Positions 25,225 through 38,393 of a stretch of DNA of 64,000 nucleotides are shown one piece after another (the first letter of the stretch is position 1; each line of letters opens with the position of its first letter). The notes under the pieces were generated by a model. That model did not search any database. It was given only the letters and a program-made list of their open reading frames with translations, and was not told the origin of the DNA. Origin of the DNA: Camelus dromedarius (lineage: Eukaryota); contig NC_087437.1 in NCBI RefSeq assembly GCF_036321535.1, forward strand, positions 42,844,001 to 42,908,000. Reading direction: 5' to 3'. The position numbers and the translations under genes were made by a program.

Positions 25225-27455
25225 TGTATAAAGTTGAGTAGAAATGGTGAGAGCAGGCATCCTTGCCTTTTCCACAATCCTAGGGAAAAAGCATTCAATT
25301 TTTCACCTTTACAAGTGATGTTAGCTGTAGAATTTTTGGTATATTCCTAGTTTGCTGGGGGGTTTTTTAATAAGAAATTTATGTTACTAGAGCTGATCGA
25401 AGAATTCAGCAAGGTAGCAGGTTACAAGATTAACGTTCAAAAATCAGTTGCATTTCTTTACACTAATGATGAATCAACAGAAAAAGAAAGTAGAGAAACA
25501 ATCCCATTTAAAATAACACCCAAAGTAATAAAATATCTGGGAATAAATCTAACCAAGGAGGTGAAAGAATTATACACAGAAAATTATAAACCACTGATGA
25601 AGGAAATTAAAGAAGACTTTAAAAAATGGAAAGATATCCCATGCTCTTGGATTGGAAGACTCAATATTGTTAAAATGGTCACACTGCCCAAGGCAATCTA
25701 CAGATTTAATGCAATCCCTATCCAATTACCCAGGACATATTTCACAGAACTAGAACAAATCATAATAAAATTTATATGGAACCATCAAAGACCTAGAATT
25801 GCCAAAGCATTACTGAAGACAAAGAAAGAGGCTGGAGGAATAACTCTCCCAGACTTCAGACAATACTATAGAGCTACAGTCATCAAGACAGCATAGTATT
25901 GGTACCAAAACAGACATATAGACCAATGGAACAGAATAGAGAGCCCAGAAATGAACCCACAAACTTCTGGTCAACTAATCTTCGACAAAGGAGGCAAGAA
26001 TATATGATGGAATAAAGACAGTCTCTTCAACAAATGGTGTTGGGAAAACTGGACAGCAGCATGTAAAGCAATGAAGCTAGAACACTCCCTTACACCATAC
26101 ACAAAAATCAACTCAAAATGGATCAAAGACTTAAACATAAGACAAGATACAATAAACCTCCTAGAGGAAAACATAGGCAAAACATTATCTGACATACATC
26201 TCAAAAATTTTCTCCTAGAAGAAATAAAAGCAAGAATAAACAAATGGGACCTAATGAAACTTACAAGCTTCCGCACAGCTAAGGAAACCATAAAGTAAAA
26301 CAAAAAGACAACCTACAGAATGGGAAAAAATTTTTGCAGATGAAACTGACAAAGGCTTGATCTCCAGAATATATAAGCAGCTCATACGACTCAATAAGAA
26401 GAAAATAAGCAACCCGATCCAAAAATGGGCAGAAGACCTAAACAAGCAATTCTCCAAGAAAGACATACAAATGATCAATAGGCACATGAAAAAATGCTCA
26501 ATATCACTAATTATCAGAGAAATGCAAATCAAAACTACAATGAGTTATCACCTCACACCAGTCAGAATGGCCATAATTCAAAAGTCCACAAATGACAAAT
26601 GCTGGAGAGGCTATGGAGAAAAGGGAACCCTCCTACACTGCTCGTGGGAATGCAGTTTGGTACAGCCACTGTGGAAAACAGTATGGAGATTCCTCAAAAG
26701 ACTAGGAATAGACTTACCATATGACCCAGGAATCCCACTCCTGGGCTTATATCCAGAAGGAACCCTACTTCAGGATGACACCTGCACCCCAATGTTCATA
26801 GCAGCATTATTTACAGTAGCCAAGACATGGAAACAGCCTAAATGTCCATCAACAGATGACTGGATAAAGAAGAGGTGGTATATTTATACAATGGAATACT
26901 ACTCAGCCATAAAAACTGACAACATAACGCCATTTGCAGCAACATGGATGCTCCTGGAGAATGTCATTCTAAGTGAAGTAAGCCAGAAAGAGAAAGAAAA
27001 ATACCATGTGAGATCGCTCATATGTGGAATCTAAAATAAAACAAAACAAAACAAAAACAAGGCATAAATACAGAACAGAAAATAGACTCATAGACATAGA
27101 ATACAGACTTGTGGTTGCCAAGGGGGTGGGGGGTGGGAAGAGATAGACTGGGATTTCAAAATTGTAGAATACATAAACAAGATTATACTGTATAGCGCAG
27201 GGAAATATATACAAGATCTTATGGTAGCTCACAGAGAAAGGAATGTGACAATGAATATATATATGTTCATGTATAACTGAAAAATTGTGCTCTACACTGA
27301 AATTTGACACATTGTAAAACGATTATAAATCAATAAAAAATGTTAAAAAAATTTATGTTGAATTTTGTTTTTTGCTTTTTCCACAGTTATTGAGATTATT
27401 AAATAGTTTTCTTCTTTAGACTTTTGATATGATGAATTGCATTGACTGATTTTCT
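25225..27455 (-). mobile_element. Old L1M ORF2 (RT) fragment, split by the young L1 at 25386-27345
   Basis: aaatggtgagagcaggcatccttg...gatgttagctgtag...aatttatgtt resumes after 27359 as gaattttg...gctttttcc...attgagat. Confidence 0.75.
25386..27345 (+). mobile_element. Young 5'-truncated L1 (ORF2 3' part + 3' UTR), ORF2 disrupted
   Basis: ORFs 25381..25896, 26071..26298 and 26357..27034 are ORF2. G-rich 3' UTR and AATAAA at 27332. TSD aagaaatttatgtt (25372-25385) / aaaaaatttatgtt (27346-27359). Stop at 25894. The CCHC knuckle reads CWRGY (second Cys lost). Confidence 0.98.
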
Positions 27456-27459
27456 CCCA

Positions 27460-28320
27460 TTTTTTATTGTGGTAAAATACACATAACATAAAATTTACAA
27501 TCTTTAGTTTTAAATGTACACTTAAGTGGCATTAATTACATTCATATCATTGTGAAACCATCACGACAATCCAGCTCCAGAACCCTTTTAATCTTCTAAG
27601 ACTGAAACTCTATATCCATCTGACAGTAACTTCATTCCCCCTTCTCCCCACCCCTGGAAAGTACCACTGTACTTTCTGTACCTTTGATTTTGACTGTTTT
27701 AAGTACGTCATATAAATGAAATCCTATAATATTTATCTTTTTATGATTGGCTTATTTCACTTAGTCTAATATCCTTAAGGCTAATCCATGTTGTAGTACA
27801 GTGAAGACTTTTTTTTAAGGCTGAATAGATACCATTGCATGTATGTGTGTGTGTATCACATTTTGCTTATCCATTCATCCATAGACACGAGTTGCTTCCA
27901 CATTTTAGCTATTACTTCCACATTTTAGCTATTATGAATAGTACTGCTATGAGTATGGGTGTACAAATATCTCTTTGAGACCCTGCTTTCAATTCTTTTG
28001 TGAATATACCCAAAAGTACAATTGTTGGTTCCTATGGTAATTCTGTTTTTTGGAACAACTCCATATTATTTTTCGCAATGGCTGCATCGCTTTACCTTCC
28101 CATTAACAGTGCACAAGTGTTCCAATTTCTCTAGATCCTCACTGAAACTTACCATTTTCTGTTGATAGCAGCCATCCTAATGGATATGAGATGGTATCTC
28201 ATTTTAGTTTTGGCTTGCATTTCCTTAATGATTAGTGATGTTGGGTATCTTTTTATGTGTTTAATGGCCATTTAAATATCTTCTTTGGAGAAATATCTAT
28301 GCAAATCCTTTGCCATTTAA
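27460..28320 (-). mobile_element. L1MB-like 3' end
   Basis: ttttattgtggtaaaatacacataacataaaatttac...agtggcattaa...ctgaaactctata, followed by the antisense ORF2 end. Confidence 0.85.
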
Positions 28321-28339
28321 AAATTTTCCTTTGCTTTTC

Positions 28340-29448
28340 TTATTCAAAATTGTTTGGGCTATTCTATGTCATATGTGTTTTTTAAACATTAGGATTAACT
28401 TGTTGATCTTTAGGGAAAAAAAACCTGAAATTTCATTGGCATTCCTTTAAATCTATACATCACTTTGGGGAGAATCCATATATTAACATTACTGAGACTT
28501 ATAATTCATGGAAAGCACGGTATTTCACCATCTATTTAGATCTCTTTAATTTCTCTCAGGAATTTATTGCACATATCTTGTTAAGTATAATCCTAAATAT
28601 TTCATATTGATGGGACTTACTGTTTTACTTATGTGTCACAATTTCTTGCTTCTTGACCTTGCTAGTTATTTTTGATTGGCTGCTGTATATTGCAATTTTA
28701 TGCGCTTGGATTTTGTAACCTTTCTTTAAAGATTGTTGTACTTTTTTCCTGGGAGACAGTTTCATTATCATGGATAAGTTTGATCTTTTTGAGATTTGTT
28801 TTAAAGTTTGACAGGGTAGATATTGACCACTCTTTACTCTAGGAATGGTTCAGTTCCACCCCTCAGGTATGGCTCTCTGGGGTCTCTACTGACTTACCAT
28901 CAGGGACTGCCCTCTCCGGTTGGTCAAGCTGAATGACTCCCCTCCCTGTGTGAGCCTTGGGACTTCTGCAGTTTAAAGCACCTTGATCATTTTTTTTTTT
29001 TCCTGGCCTTAAGGAATTTTGCTGTGTGCATGTACGGGTTAACTTTAGCAACAGATTCAAGGGAAAGACTATGCTTCAGATTCCTGAAGCTTTTCTTTTG
29101 AAAAAAAAAATTTTTTTTTTCCTCTGAAACTTTGCCTTTCAGCTTCAAGTTACCATACATTCCCTGAACTGATTTTTTTTTCTTCAGTCAGTGAGATCAC
29201 CATGCCCTGTTTACGATTATCTCGAACTACCATAGTCCTAATCGTGCATCCAGAAGGACAGCCAGAACACTTGGAGGGCTCACTTCTGTCATTTCCCTTT
29301 TTTGAGGGGTCACAGTATATTTCTGTATATATATACTGTATATCTCCCAGTATCTGAAAGAAGATGTTTGATGTATTTTGTCGAGTTTTCTAGTTGTTTC
29401 TAGGAAGTTAAGTACAGATTCGGCAACTTCATCATGGCTGGAAGCAAT
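28340..29448 (-). mobile_element. Ancient L1M fragments including the 5' terminus
   Basis: Degenerate antisense ORF2 (28340-28610), then a 5' region ending cttcatcatggctggaagc. Confidence 0.6.
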
Positions 29449-29459
29449 CTTGTTATACT

Positions 29460-31510
29460 TTTAAAAATAGACCTTTTAATAGAGCAGTTTTAGGTTCACA
29501 GCAAAACTCATGAATTGAGAGATTTCCCATATACTCCCTGCCCCAACACATGTATAACCTCCTCCATTATCAACATCCCCCACGATTTGTTACAACTTAA
29601 TAAACCCACATTAACAATCATTATCCCCCAAAGCCCATAGGTTACAGTAGGGTTTGCTCTTGGTGTCGCACACTGTATGAGTTTGGACAAATACATAATG
29701 CCATGTTGGTGTTAGTGATCCAGATTTAGGCTATTTTAATAGGTATGTGATGGTATCTTACTGTTGTTTTAATTTGCATTTCCTTGATGACAAATGATGT
29801 AGCTAGAACATCTCTTCATATGCTTATTTGCCACTTTTATATCTTCTTTGGTGAGGTGTCTGTCAAGGTCTTTGGCCCGGTTTAAAAAATTGAGTTGTTT
29901 GTTTTCTTATTGTTGAGTTTTAAGAGTTCTTTATATATTTTGGATGGCAGTCCTTTATCAGATAGGCCTTTTGCAAGTATGGGTATTCCCCACTTTTTCA
30001 AAATTTTCTTTCCACCACTTCACTTTCATGAAAGGCTGACATTATCACCTGTTTTCCCTCACTGAAAGAAATCTGAAGAGAATTTTTGTTTTCACACAGA
30101 AAGCAATACTAACATTCAGCAGTTGTTTTGTAGCAAGCCATTTTGAAGCAGCACGTACACGAGGAGTGACAGTAGTACTGCCAGCCTTCTTCCCCAGGAA
30201 CTACAGTCAGCATCAAACCCCCATAGCTTTGAACCGTGTCTGCAAGCATCTCTGTTTTATCTTGGTTTGTTTTGTGCATCCCTTAGCAAGATGTGCCCTG
30301 AGGTAATTGCTTCTTTGCTTCATGTCATTGTAGGAATGCTTTACTTTTGGATAGCCGGGGAAGCTTGTGTTTTCTCCCAGTTAGTGGCTTGCCTTTTCAT
30401 TTTCTTGACATTGTCTTTAGCAGAGCAGAGGTTTTTAATTGCAAAAAAGGCCAGCTTCTTTCATGGATCCTGACTTTGGTGTTGAATCTAAAAAGTCATT
30501 GCCATACCCCAGGTCATGTAGATTTTCTCCTAGGTCATCTTCTAGGAGTTTTATAGTTTTTCATTTTACATTTAGGTTTATGATCCATTTTGAGTTAATT
30601 TTTGTGAAGGGTATAATGTCTGTGTTTAGATTCATTTTTTTACATGTGGATGTCCAATTGTCCCATCAGCATTTGTTGAAAAGACTGTCATTGCTCCATT
30701 GTGTTGCCTTTGCTCCTGTGTCAAAGATCAGTTGACTATATTTATGTGGGTCTATTTCTTGGGTCTCTTTTCTTTTCCATTGACCTATTTGTCTATTATT
30801 TTGCCAATACCACATTGTTGATTACTGTAGCTTTATAATAAGTTTTAAAGTTGTGTAGTGTCAGTCCTCCAACTCTGTTTCTCTCCTTCAATATTATATT
30901 GGCTATTCTAGATCTTTTCCCTCTTCATATAAATTTTAGAATCTGGTTGTTGATATCCACAAAATGACTTGCTGAAATTTTTATTGCATGAATCCTTATA
31001 TCAAGTAGGGGAGAATTGATATTTGACAACATTTAGTTTCTCTATCTGTAAACATAAAATGTCTCTCCAGTTACTAAGTTCTTTATTATCTTTCATCAGA
31101 GTTTTGTAGTTTTTCTTACATAGATCTTGTACATATTTTGTTAGATTTATGCTTAAGTATTTCCATTTTGAGAGATGCTAGTGTAAATGGTATTTTGTTT
31201 TTAATTTTATATTTAACTTGTTCATTGCTGGCATATAGGAAAATGATTGACTTTTCTGTATTAACTTTGTATCCTGAAACCTTACCATAATAGTTTATTA
31301 GTTTCTAGTTTATTACTTTGAGAAGGTCTTTGTTTGTTTGTTTGTTTGTTTATTCATTTGGATTTTGTGGATAGACAGTCATGTCTTCTGTGAACAGAGT
31401 TTTATGTCTTCCTTCTCAATCTGTATACCTTTTATTTTGTTTACTTATTGCATTAGCTAAAACTTCCAGTATGATGTTTAAAAAGAGTGGTGAGAGAGAC
31501 ATCCTTGGCT
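29460..31510 (-). mobile_element. L1MC-like element (3' end + ORF2), interrupted by a MITE
   Basis: agagcagttttaggttcacagcaaaa...ttcccatatactccctgcccc, followed by antisense ORF2 up to gagtggtgagagagacatccttg. Confidence 0.85.
29980..30367. mobile_element. Tigger-type (TcMar) MITE
   Basis: Interrupts L1 exactly at ttgcaagTA|ttttctcccag. Degenerate TIRs tgggtattcccc / ggggaagcttg. Flanks are TA (29978-29979) and TG (30368-30369). Confidence 0.75.
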
Positions 31511-32362
31511 TGTAATTTTTCTATGCTTTTAAGACTCACAGAAGTTGACAAAAATACGAGTGGGTAAAGGCTAAAATTCTGGAGTTCCTTTTTCCCTTAC
31601 GTACTTCTGTGCCATAATAAATATTTCAAATACTTTGATCTGCTGTATTTTTTACTTACATTAAACTTACCAATATATAGGGCATGCTGTAAATATTGCT
31701 ATAATGTTTAGAAATTGGAAATTCAGGCAGTGAATAGGTATTCAGCAATCTATAAAGAAAAGGCCTATTGCTAAAAAGACTCTTTTATATCTCTTTTGGT
31801 ATATTGATCCTCTTTAGGGATTAGATCCTACTCTGTCAGTACACAGATTGACTTTTCAAGTCATTAAAGTAAAAGAAAAATTGTCAAGTGTTCATTAAAA
31901 ATTACATTCAGAAAAAAAATTGCATTTGGAATCTCCTCATTGTACAGCACTATTTATATATGCCAAGTCCTCACATGCCCTTGCATTGTAAATTTTTCTA
32001 AAAAGAAAAAAAAAAAAAAACAACACATAAATCCACTTTGACTCCATCTACTTACTCTAAACAAAAATTCCCCAAACAATACTGCCCCAGGCATCAATGT
32101 ATAAAAATGAAGCTATATTGTACTGAAAGAGAGGGATCTGCAGTTTGAGATTTTTTTTAATTGGTGAGTAAATTTTTTATAAACTCCATAAACACCTCAT
32201 CCAGTGCCACTAATTGTTATTTTAACATAATGATACAAGCCAAATAAGTAGATTATTTCATTTATTGACTACACAGCATATCTGAAAATTTTGTTTTTCG
32301 TATTCATAGGTGTCAAGATGATATAATTTGCTATTTTCCACAAAAGTAAAAAAATAAAAATA

Positions 32363-32576
32363 AAGCATGGTGATTATATTATATACTGTATTATATACTT
32401 GAAAGTAACTAAAAGAGTAAATCTTAAATATTCTCACCACAAAAAAAGTGGTAATTATGTAAGGTGATGGAGGTATTAACTAATGCTATTATGGTAATCA
32501 TTTTGTGATATGTGTGTATCACCTCTACACATACACTTTAAATTTATACAGTGTTATACAATAAATGTGGGAAAAA
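32363..32576 (+). mobile_element. L1MA-like 3' end
   Basis: agcatggtgattata...atacttgaaagt...aatcttaaatattctcaccacaaaaaa...gtaattatgtaaggtgatgga...aataaa. Confidence 0.85.
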
Positions 32577-34129
32577 GTCAGCCAAATACTTAATGTCTTT
32601 TTTTTCACCCTTTCTTTGCTTTATACCTTTGGATGTCTCAGGACAAAGGCTATAATAAGAACATTCATAATTCATGTGATTAAGTCTTGGGTAACTTCCA
32701 ATGACAAGTACTTTCAGTGGTCGAAAATTACAAAAGTGAGTTATAGCATTAAAAATCTCTAAATGAATTGATAGAGGAATATTATTAGCAGCAGATATAA
32801 AAATACTTCATAATTTACCCATTAACTGAAAGTAAAATGGCTTTTTAAAATCACTCAGACATTGTGTTTCATCACAAACATTTTAAAATCACTATATTCT
32901 AGAGTCATAATTTTTCACATTAATAATATTTCAAGAAGCAGTTCCCTGTGGTAAATATATGAGATGTGGTATATCTAATCCTTATGTTTAATGCATTTTA
33001 ATGAATCTACATTTGTCTATTTCATTTTATTTCTTTCTTAATGGTCATTTGGTTTCCAAGCATATGTTAATTGGATGTCATTAATTTTAAATGTTGAAAA
33101 AGAAAACATCCCTAATCTAACCTTCTCTACCTAGTACCTGAAAAAAAGACTAATTTAAATTTTGTGAATAAGGCATATTTACTAGAATTCTTGAAATGGA
33201 ATTTGATATATTCATTTGGACTGATATTTTTCTAGCCATATCTTTCTTTTTTCAATTCAGTCATTAATTTCATTATTGGCTTTATGAGATCATATTATTC
33301 CTTTATACTACTCTGATTGCTTAAGTATTTGTAGCCACATTAAGCTTCTTTCCCAGTGTTTTAATATAAGAATCTTTTTTCTATACCAATCTGATTAGCT
33401 GCTCATTTTAACTTTTATGAAATTGTTGTCATGGTATTGTCTATGTAGCATACACTCTAACTTTCTTGGTTTTCCCTTTTTGTTTTCTTTCATTAAAATT
33501 TCACCTTAGCAGTGAAGCCTCTTGGTGCTAGTTTAGGTTAATAATAATGTCCAACTTTACTGAATCTTCTAACCCAATAAGCCAGTGCTACTTTTCATTA
33601 AGAAAACTTCTTTGCTGGCTTATCTGCAAGCCTTAATCAACCACAGGAATTCAAACATATTGCTTGTTGTTAAGATAATACTCTTTTGGCATCTTATGTT
33701 AAATATGGGTATAAAATTTTCTTCATTATTTAATACTCGGAAGAAATTTGATAAGTTCCTTATGTTTTCTCTGTTGACTAAAACTGAGCATTTCAACTTT
33801 TTCATATCTAAAAAACCTTCCTTGATCAAAATCTTATATGAAACCCTAATATTTGAAAGAAACAAAATTTTAAATTGTTCTGCCTGAAACAGGGATGGTT
33901 GCTCTCATTTCAGTCTCCTTACCTCTTTCTAAAAGGAATCCAGAGAGAGAGAGAGAATGGGTATGTGTGTTGGCTTCTCTTTGAATAACTATGATGTAGA
34001 CACAGCTTGTCTGTGTATATATGGAATCACCAATGACCAGCATATTTATGAACATGAATATGTTGTTAATTAAAAAGAACAGTATGGTATGAGGCTGTGC
34101 ATGCACACAAAAAGCCATCTGCCAGTCTT

Positions 34130-34318
34130 CCGTTTAGCTCTGTAGCACTAGGCAAATTATGTGTCCTCTCTCTTCCTTGGTTTTCTTACCTATAAAATAT
34201 GGCTAATAATAGTAACAATCTCATAGAATTGTTGGGAGATTTAAATGAATTATTACATGTAAAGACACAAACTAGAGCCTGGCAGATCTACAAAATTTCT
34301 ACAAATACTAATTATTAT
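34130..34318 (+). mobile_element. MIR
   Basis: ccttggttttcttacctataaaatatggctaataatagta...ttgttgggagatttaaatga. Confidence 0.75.
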
Positions 34319-37300
34319 TTTTCTCTCTGCCTTTGCTGTACTTTAATTTCTAATCTTTCTACATTAATATGCATAACTTACATGATATAAAATTAAATGA
34401 AATATGAGAAACGCTGAGAGAGTATGTAGAACAAGTAAAAATACTTCCTAAAAATGTAAAAGTTCCTATATTTTTACTAAACCTTTAATGTTATGTTTAC
34501 AAAATGTTGTGGCTACTATGATATCTTTACAAGAGACTGAAAATTGGGGTTGTTGTTCATGACTCTGAACTAAGAGACTTGTTGCTTTAGATTAACAACC
34601 TGATTTTTGATATGAGTTTTAGAAGGTGTTAAGGGTTCTGCTCAGGTGCCCCTGGGTTTGGAGCAGGAAATCAAGAGAGGATGAGTGATTGGGGTCCAAG
34701 ACACTCCTGCCCTTTTTGAACTTGGGCAACTTCAATTTTATCCATTTTATATAGTAGACTTCTAGAAAAATACTTAAAAACAAGTGTAATGAATCAAGTA
34801 GAAAATGTCCCACAAATATTTGAAGCCCATCAACCCAATGAAGATGACTCATTGAACAATGAGAAATAAATGTGCAATGAGCAGAAGAGACTTTTCTTAG
34901 AATGAACACTTCTTGTCAATTTTATGAGAATGATTAATGAAACCTTTTTAAAAATAAGATCAGATACCATGATGACCTAAGATCCATTAATTATCATAGA
35001 AAACTTTTGAATTTTACAGTGATTCTCATCAGTTTTCTGAGTCTATAAACAAAATTTTTTAGTGGATCATCCCTCATACTCTTAGAACTTTGAAATACAA
35101 AAAACCCTGAAGTATGCCAGTGCCGGTTTTCACAAAGCAAGTTAATTTTAAAAGAACCTGTAGAATTTGTTGTCCCCAAAGGAGAGGCTTTTCCAGACAC
35201 GACTCATTTGCCAGCTCAAGTTGGAGTCTCAGAGCCTCTTTGTAATGCTGAGATTGTAAACCAGATGCCTCCAATCCAGATCAATTCCAGGAAATGCTGG
35301 CCCAGCTTACCCTCAAAAAAAAAAAAAAAATGCTCAGAACTTTTTGGATTCCACTCATCTACTCATGGTGAGTTAAAATTAGAAGGAAAGAGAGCTTTCT
35401 TTAGAAATCATTCAGTGTTTCTCAAAAATCTCGTGATATCACATGTTTATTTACCCAGGAAAATATGAAGAATTAAAAGTGGATTTACAGAGGTGGTGAT
35501 TTTGCAGGGTGTCTGATTTCACCTGGAGGCCTTGATAAGTGGCAGGTGCTTTATCATGAAGACTCACAGGCATGTTGCAGAAACTGTGTGTTTTCTCCTG
35601 GTATCACATACACTTCTGAGGATACAGCCTGCAAGCTTGTCTCCTCAAATCAGAATGATGGAATTTTCTAAGTGGCAGATAAATAGCCCTTTCTGTCTTT
35701 CAAATAATCAATGCAAAAGCAAACCATGGAGAGAAAGGCTCAGATGGAAGTTTTAGGGTCTGTGCATAGAGAAATGCCAACATGGGTAAGTAATGACATT
35801 AACAGAAGCAACAGTAGCATGAGCAGAGAGTTCAGGAGAATTAGACAAGAGCAGAACAGTCCAACAGCACAGAGAACAAAAAGAAAGAAAAGTGGAAAGA
35901 GAAGGAAACCTAGTAAGAAACAGTTTGCACTAGAAATTCTTGTCTACTTAAAGATGAAGTAACTTGCAGAAGTCTCCCTCTATAAGTTTGCTGCAAACAC
36001 AATGCTATAAGAGGAGATGGGTAATTTAGTTAGCAAGATCTGTGGCAATGTTAGGCTTAAGACAAGAGTTTGGCCCTCAAAGAGAACAAATAGATGAAGA
36101 CCAAGGCCTAGCAGTCCCCAGACCAGAAAACTGTTTCCATCTCTCTAGGGTAGAAGGAATGATAGCTAAAAATGGACTCAGTATTGTACAGTTGTCTTTA
36201 TCTATATCCTTAATGAAATGAACTACATTTGATTTAACTGTTTCATTTGATTACAATTTATCCATACTTCAGCGACTGAGGAATTCTTAAATCACTTATT
36301 TTTATCTAGGCCCTTATTTAAGAGTACTAAAGTAAGTGTTTTTAACAGTGCTGTCAAATTGCTGCTAATAACATTTCTATTTATCATAGAAACACATAAA
36401 TACAGTTGGGTCCAAGTTCTTCCGTATGCTCTGGCATATTGACTATTACATTTTCTAGATGTGACTTCTACCCTATTCTATAGAAGTGACTGGAACATTT
36501 TATGTAGACTTTCTTTATCGGTGTCTGGTTCATACTAGACACTCAATAAATGTTTGTTGATAGAATGAAAGACTGATTCTTCTTCAGCCACCTGCAAATT
36601 TTCCATATTACATATTAAAAACTGTTGCTTAAGGGATCACCAAAAGATTACCAAATTTAATTAAATGTAGTGATTATGTTTTCCTTCTTGACTGGAGTTT
36701 TCTAGTCCAGAAATTTAAACTGGTTTACTCCTGTATGAATTAAATAAACTAAAAAAAAAATTATTCTTGCATTTTTATAAATTCAACCTGTATCAAAAAT
36801 TCACTTTGATTGAATTGACTAGCCCAAGCCAGCCAAAGCTAAGATATGCTTGCTTTAAGAAAATTAAAATGTGGTAAAAATAGCATAATTGATTGTAACT
36901 GTAGGCATAGCTGATAGCCACAGGTTTAAGGTCTAAACTCAAATTTACAAATGGTTTAGAAAAAAAGTGGGAAAATCATTTGTTATGTTTTTTAAAGCAC
37001 TGTAAGTCATGGGATGTTGCCACACCTATCAGTTTATTAGAGAATAATGATCCTGTCACTGTGCTAGCTGTCCAGATAACCTCTGGTAAACATAGCTTCC
37101 TATGGTCTGGGGGCCAAGTTGATATAATCATTTCAAAATGTCAATAAAGTTGTATTTCTTAAAGGTAAGCATAAACAAGGCACTCACAAGCCAGGTAGTG
37201 CCTTCAATCCAGCCAACTCAATGAGGGAATCTTGCATCTCATTCAGCTGCACCCACAGCAGGTAATTTGCAATCAAAAGTCCTGCCACTTCACCACCAGC

Positions 37301-38393
37301 ACAGCGCTCTTACCTTTCCCCCCGACATATTATTCCATTCTGAAATATCTATATTTATTGGCTCCTCTATTCCTGGACAGAGAACTTCCCTTACAACATG
37401 CATTATCACACAAGAACAGGTGTCAGTCAGCAACCACATTGTCAAACTTCCCCCAGTTCCCCATCATGACCCTCTTATGACTCACCCTTCTCAAATATCA
37501 GTATCTTACAGATGGAAATGTCTATACTTTGCATGAAGCCAGGGCCTGGCACTGGTGCCTTTGTTAATGCTTTTCCCAGCTTTCAGCACGCATAGCTATT
37601 TTAATTAGGGGCACAAATTTAGATGCAGCAAGCTCAGTGCAAAATCGAAACTATCTGGCAGTGTCGCAGCTTTTCCTGCCTAGTGCATTCTCCGCATGGC
37701 TCTAAACTGAGCTGGAGGTCTCCATATCCTAGCATGTTGATATTCTATCATTACGTAACATATTGGTATTTTATGATAGCATTAATTCAAGGATAATTCA
37801 AATCACATTGTTATGTTTAATTATGACTGGAAGCTCATGAATGCGCTTATAATTTTGTATTAAATAACAAATTAACTCCAGCATATAATATAAATGTAAT
37901 AGGTTATGCAAGTAATATTATGTCTCCAATATTAAATTGTCATTGCCAATTTGCTGTGATTTTTATCAAACAATCAGTTGCGGATCATTCCACTAATAGA
38001 TCTTGGTTTTGAGATTAGTGTTATGGGAAATAGGAAAAATGATTAATATATGAACTCTCTCATCAGGGAACTTACAATCTAGTGGGCAGATGTATCTAAT
38101 AAACTAACAAAATACAAACATTTAAGAGAGAGACCAAAAAATGGGCATGAGAAGAAGAAATTGTATCTGCCATAAGGTTTCAAGTGTCAGTGACTCAAAG
38201 AATTAAGTATTAACAAAAACGGACATGTCAAGAGAAGCTGCTCATTTGGTGGGAGAGGAGGAGAGGACGAGTTTGGTACTGACCATATTAAACATCCAGT
38301 GTGAATGATGCATCAAGGTGGAGATATCTAGCTAAAAAACCAGTTATGTTTTTATGAATCAAAAAGTGGCAAAGTTTGAATTGTGCTTTGAAG

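Noticed and set aside
26357..27034. Longest ORF (225 aa) as a functional CDS
   Set aside because: It is the C-terminal fragment of a 5'-truncated L1 with upstream stops and a mutated CCHC knuckle.
29073..29121. Hairpin gcttcag-attc-ctgaagc plus T-run (terminator-like), followed by a G-A10-T10-C palindrome
   Set aside because: It lies in decayed L1 in a mammalian genome, where intrinsic terminators do not apply. Low complexity explains the palindrome.
35711..35962. 83-aa basic ORF with NLS-like Lys/Arg runs
   Set aside because: A product of purine-rich low-complexity DNA, with no recognisable homology or gene structure.
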